Source: Enterobacteria phage P2-EC45. Taken from it: a stretch of 1,716 nt of DNA. Made by a program: the position numbers and the translations under genes. The notes beneath the pieces were generated by a model. It saw only the letters and a list, made by a program, of their open reading frames with translations, did no database searches and was not told the origin of the DNA. Numbering within the stretch: the first letter of the stretch is position 1; each line of letters opens with the position of its first letter. This document shows, in pieces, positions 1-1,716 of this stretch. The stretch lies in the sequence record AJ512679.1, one strand, 5' to 3'.

Positions 1-30
1 AATCCTGAATGGCCGGAAATGCCGCAATGA
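1..30 (+). CDS. 3' end of a phage tail fiber assembly protein (Tfa family, P2 gpG-like); partial, gene continues upstream of the window
   Basis: Reading frame from position 1 translates NPEWPEMPQ then TGA (28-30). A C-terminal EWPxxP-type ending is what I recall for Tfa-family proteins (lambda Tfa ends ...PDIEWPAVPVME, from memory). GC is core-like, and the gene sits upstream of a tail sheath gene as in P2. Confidence 0.55.
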   Translation, partial: NPEWPEMPQ

Positions 31-173
31 GTTTTATGAGCTTACATATCTATAGCACAAAGTAAAACCTAATCTGACAGTTCGCTCTGTGCTAGGAGCG
101 GACGTAACACATATCGCATTGGGTTGAAGAATGGTTACCACGTTGTGAAAACCACAGTAAAGATTACATGATA

Positions 174-197
174 TTGTCAACAATTTCTTGTTATAGT
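174..197 (+). promoter_or_regulatory. Candidate sigma70 promoter for the cargo ORF: -35-like TTGTCA (174-179) and extended -10 TGtTATAGT (189-197)
   Basis: TATAGT matches TATAAT at 5 of 6 positions and is preceded by TGn. The spacing to TTGTCA is only 12 bp, so the -35 assignment is doubtful. The location is about 60 nt upstream of the ORF1 start. Motif inspection only. Confidence 0.3.
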
Positions 198-246
198 ACA
201 TGCTCACAAACGTAGGTCTAAAAATTAAAACTCAAGCAATGCTATT

Positions 247-250
247 AGGA
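247..250 (+). promoter_or_regulatory. Shine-Dalgarno (AGGA) for the ORF starting at 259
   Basis: AGGA lies 8 nt upstream of ATG 259, and an in-frame TAG (256-258) sits immediately before the ATG, so 259 is the first possible start. Confidence 0.55.
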
Positions 251-258
251 ATAGATAG

Positions 259-771
259 ATGCTAAGCAAAAAAGAAAAAACAGACAAGACAGAAACTAAT
301 TCGGATAAAAAAATAGGTGTCAAAGATAAAGTAAACTGGCTTTTGTGTGGAACTATTCTGATCATGATTGCGTCATTCTGTCTTTATTTATATAAATTCC
401 ATTCACCTTTATCTAACAATCATACAAAGTGGGGAGAGTTTGGCTCATATTTTGGTGGTGTCACCGGCCCATTAGTAAGTGTAATGGCATTTATCGGACT
501 GCTCAAATCAATTAGTTTGACAAAAAAACAATTTGAAATACAAAGTCAAGAGAGTACTTTCTTTAATCTACTTACCTTTCATACTTCTAAAGTTACAAAA
601 ATATATTCTGAGACATATGGGGAGACTGATGCCTTTAAATATCTCTGTGCAAAATATAATGAAGTATATGAGTCTAGATGCATTGCCATAGCATTGGATG
701 GTATTGCAAGAAATCAACAAAACTTGCCAGAATATACGTACTATAATTTCATAAGGTATTTTTTGCCTTAG
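259..771 (+). CDS. Membrane-anchored N-terminal half of a candidate abortive-infection-like defense protein (170 aa as written; probably residues 1-169 of a ~344-aa product)
   Basis: ATG with a good SD. The N-terminus is Lys-rich (positive-inside). There are two hydrophobic segments, about residues 27-45 (WLLCGTILIMIASFCLYLY) and 61-85 (FGSYFGGVTGPLVSVMAFIGLL), predicting an N-in/C-in helical hairpin. The ORF is AT-rich and sits in a prophage cargo position. It ends at TAG 769-771, within or just after a T6G slippery tract. Confidence 0.6.
   Translation: MLSKKEKTDKTETNSDKKIGVKDKVNWLLCGTILIMIASFCLYLYKFHSPLSNNHTKWGEFGSYFGGVTGPLVSVMAFIGLLKSISLTKKQFEIQSQESTFFNLLTFHTSKVTKIYSETYGETDAFKYLCAKYNEVYESRCIAIALDGIARNQQNLPEYTYYNFIRYFLP
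759..765 (+). other. In-phase X_XXY_YYZ slippery heptamer T_TTT_TTG: candidate -1 frameshift site, or site of a 1-nt homopolymer indel
   Basis: ORF1 codons are taT (757-759), TTT (760-762) and TTG (763-765). The ORF2 reading frame is open from 747 and is the -1 frame relative to ORF1. A -1 slip here, or restoring a seventh T, gives one continuous 344-codon ORF ending at 1292. Confidence 0.45.
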
Positions 772-779
772 ATGATAAC

Positions 780-1292
780 GTGACTGTCAAAGAGATAAAA
801 TCACGGTATTCACAATATCTGGAAGAATTTGATAATAAGCAGTCAATTCTCAACGAAATAAACTTAAAGAGAAGGAATATTAAAGATCATGGTAAATTCA
901 TATTGATTGAAATAGGCCGTGATCTGGTAAGGGATATGAGTGCTGAAGAGAGAGTCAAGGTTTTAAGAAATACGTTTGATGGGTTTTATGACGAATTAGG
1001 GCATGTGTCAGGCTCATATATTAGAAATATTTACTATATACTTTCTCATGCGAATGAGTCTATTAATGGTGATAAATATGCAAAAATATTTAGAGCTCAG
1101 TTATCTCGTTATGAATTGGTCATAATTTTTCTAAATATGTTAAGTAGTTACTGCAAGCCGGACTTTGTTTACCTCATCAAGAAATTTGATATATTAAATG
1201 GACTATATATTAATGATCTATGTTACAATCCAACTAGCGAAATGTATAAAGATGATCTTAAAGATATTTACCTACATTCAGATGAAGTGTAA
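780..1292 (+). CDS. C-terminal soluble half of the same candidate defense protein (drawn as a separate 170-aa ORF; its frame is open from 747)
   Basis: The start is GTG with no recognisable SD within 20 nt. It begins 8 nt after the ORF1 stop, in the -1 frame. It has no hydrophobic segments, shares the AT-rich composition of ORF1, and ends in three consecutive stops, TAA TAA TAG (1290-1298). Confidence 0.55.
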   Translation: MTVKEIKSRYSQYLEEFDNKQSILNEINLKRRNIKDHGKFILIEIGRDLVRDMSAEERVKVLRNTFDGFYDELGHVSGSYIRNIYYILSHANESINGDKYAKIFRAQLSRYELVIIFLNMLSSYCKPDFVYLIKKFDILNGLYINDLCYNPTSEMYKDDLKDIYLHSDEV

Positions 1293-1299
1293 TAATAGG

Positions 1300-1338
1300 A
1301 ACACTCTTACTGAGTTTTTTCAGTGTTGTGTAATTTTT
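1300..1338 (+). terminator. Weak candidate intrinsic terminator after the cargo ORF
   Basis: Imperfect palindrome: AACACT (1300-1305) pairs with AGTGTT (1322-1327), or alternatively ACTGA (1309-1313) with TCAGT (1320-1324). A T5 run follows at 1334-1338. The stem is AT-rich and short, so this is marginal. Confidence 0.2.
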
Positions 1339-1396
1339 ACGCACAAGGTTTTGTTGCTTAAAAAATAAATAATACAGGATTGGTTAATGCTATTTT

Positions 1397-1426
1397 TGTC
1401 CGGCAACATGAATTGTTTGCTGGACA
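1397..1426. repeat. 10-bp inverted repeat with 10-nt spacer (TGTCCGGCAA ... TTGCTGGACA)
   Basis: Positions 1397-1406 pair with 1417-1426 at 9 of 10 Watson-Crick positions plus one G-T. No T-tract follows on either strand, so this is more likely a protein-binding dyad or RNA structure than a terminator. Confidence 0.4.
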
Positions 1427-1544
1427 GAAAGCATAAAATAAAGTACGTCACTATCTTTTCAATCAATTTTTTATTAATCCCATAAGCTCGGTAATAGTTT
1501 TTAATTTCTACAATCCGTATTTAACCTACTACTTTTGAACAGGT

Positions 1545-1557
1545 TGCAATAATTGCA
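1545..1557. repeat. Perfect 6-1-6 palindrome TGCAAT-A-ATTGCA
   Basis: Read directly from the sequence. It sits at the transition from AT-rich cargo to GC-normal core DNA, about 130 bp upstream of the FI start. Confidence 0.4.
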
Positions 1558-1565
1558 TGGACAGT

Positions 1566-1586
1566 CGGGCGAATTGCCCGCCTTTT
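1566..1586 (+). terminator. Candidate rho-independent terminator: GC stem CGGGC/GCCCG, loop GAATT, then CC-TTTT
   Basis: A 5-bp all-GC stem (1566-1570 with 1576-1580) and 5-nt loop are followed by TTTT (1583-1586). The stem is short and the T-tract is only 4 long. The element could instead belong to the FI promoter region. Confidence 0.3.
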
Positions 1587-1674
1587 CTGTATCTGTTGTT
1601 TCATCCACTGACCAGCCAGGTCAAATAGCGTCTCATGCACTGCCCAACAGAAAATAGTTGCACCCATTAACCAC

Positions 1675-1678
1675 GGAG
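1675..1678 (+). promoter_or_regulatory. Shine-Dalgarno (GGAG) for FI
   Basis: GGAG lies 8 nt upstream of ATG 1687. Confidence 0.6.
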
Positions 1679-1686
1679 TTAAACGG

Positions 1687-1716
1687 ATGAGTGACTATCA
1701 TCACGGCGTGCAGGTG
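1687..1716 (+). CDS. FI: 5' end of the phage tail sheath protein gene (P2 gpFI-like); partial, continues past the window end
   Basis: The translation MSDYHHGVQV matches the N-terminus I recall for P2-family tail sheath protein FI. It has a good SD and GC-normal composition. Confidence 0.75.
   Translation, partial: MSDYHHGVQV

Noticed and set aside
36-65. Short ORF ATG 36 (MSLHIYSTK) just after the tail fiber assembly gene stop
   Set aside because: It is 9 codons with no SD and most likely chance.
772-783. ATG at 772-774 immediately after the ORF1 stop, as a possible start for the second gene
   Set aside because: It is in the ORF1 frame and reads ATG ATA ACG TGA, a 3-codon ORF. It cannot be the start of the downstream ORF.
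779-805. Stem CGTGA/TCACG downstream of the slippery heptamer as a frameshift-stimulating structure
   Set aside because: It is only 5 bp with a 17-nt loop and starts 13 nt after the heptamer. That is too weak and too distant to count as support.
870-890. R-x4-H motif (RRNIKDH) that could suggest a HEPN-type RNase active site, as in several Abi proteins
   Set aside because: Such short motifs occur by chance at high frequency in a protein of this size. Without alignment or structural context it is not evidence.
936-938. Internal ATG (Met53 of ORF2) preceded by AAGGG, as an alternative independent start
   Set aside because: The SD-like AAGGG ends only 2 nt before the ATG, which is too close. 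Using it would discard 52 in-frame codons that continue without interruption from the upstream frame.
1588-1614. Search for the P2 late promoter activator dyad TGT-N12-ACA upstream of FI
   Set aside because: There are only partial matches (for example TGT 1597-1599 with CCA 1612-1614) and no perfect instance. I cannot place the late promoter from sequence alone.
1-1716. CRISPR repeats, tRNA or rRNA genes, IS or transposon terminal inverted repeats flanking the cargo
   Set aside because: I saw no regularly spaced direct repeats, no cloverleaf-compatible segments, and no matching terminal inverted repeats with target-site duplications around the AT-rich block.

Overview
This window appears to span the variable cargo locus of a P2-like enterobacterial prophage. 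It lies between the 3' end of a tail fiber assembly gene (P2 gpG-like, 1-30) and the 5' end of the tail sheath gene FI (1687-1716), the position occupied by Z/fun in phage P2. The intervening DNA (about 165-1560) is AT-rich, roughly 30% GC by hand count against about 50% in the flanks. It carries two same-strand 170-codon ORFs (259-771 and 780-1292). These look like two halves of one ~344-aa protein: an N-terminal two-helix membrane anchor followed by a soluble domain. The break falls exactly on an in-phase T_TTT_TTG slippery heptamer (759-765), and the second ORF has only a GTG start and no Shine-Dalgarno. My reading is a single-gene, membrane-anchored, abortive-infection-type defense candidate. 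It is either expressed by -1 frameshifting, inactivated by a 1-nt homopolymer deletion, or affected by a homopolymer sequencing error. The downstream non-coding stretch holds a 10-bp inverted repeat, a possible 32-codon small ORF, a perfect 6-1-6 palindrome, and a GC hairpin with T-tract just upstream of FI. I saw no rRNA, tRNA, CRISPR array or IS-like terminal repeats. All homology statements are from memory of protein families; no database search was possible.
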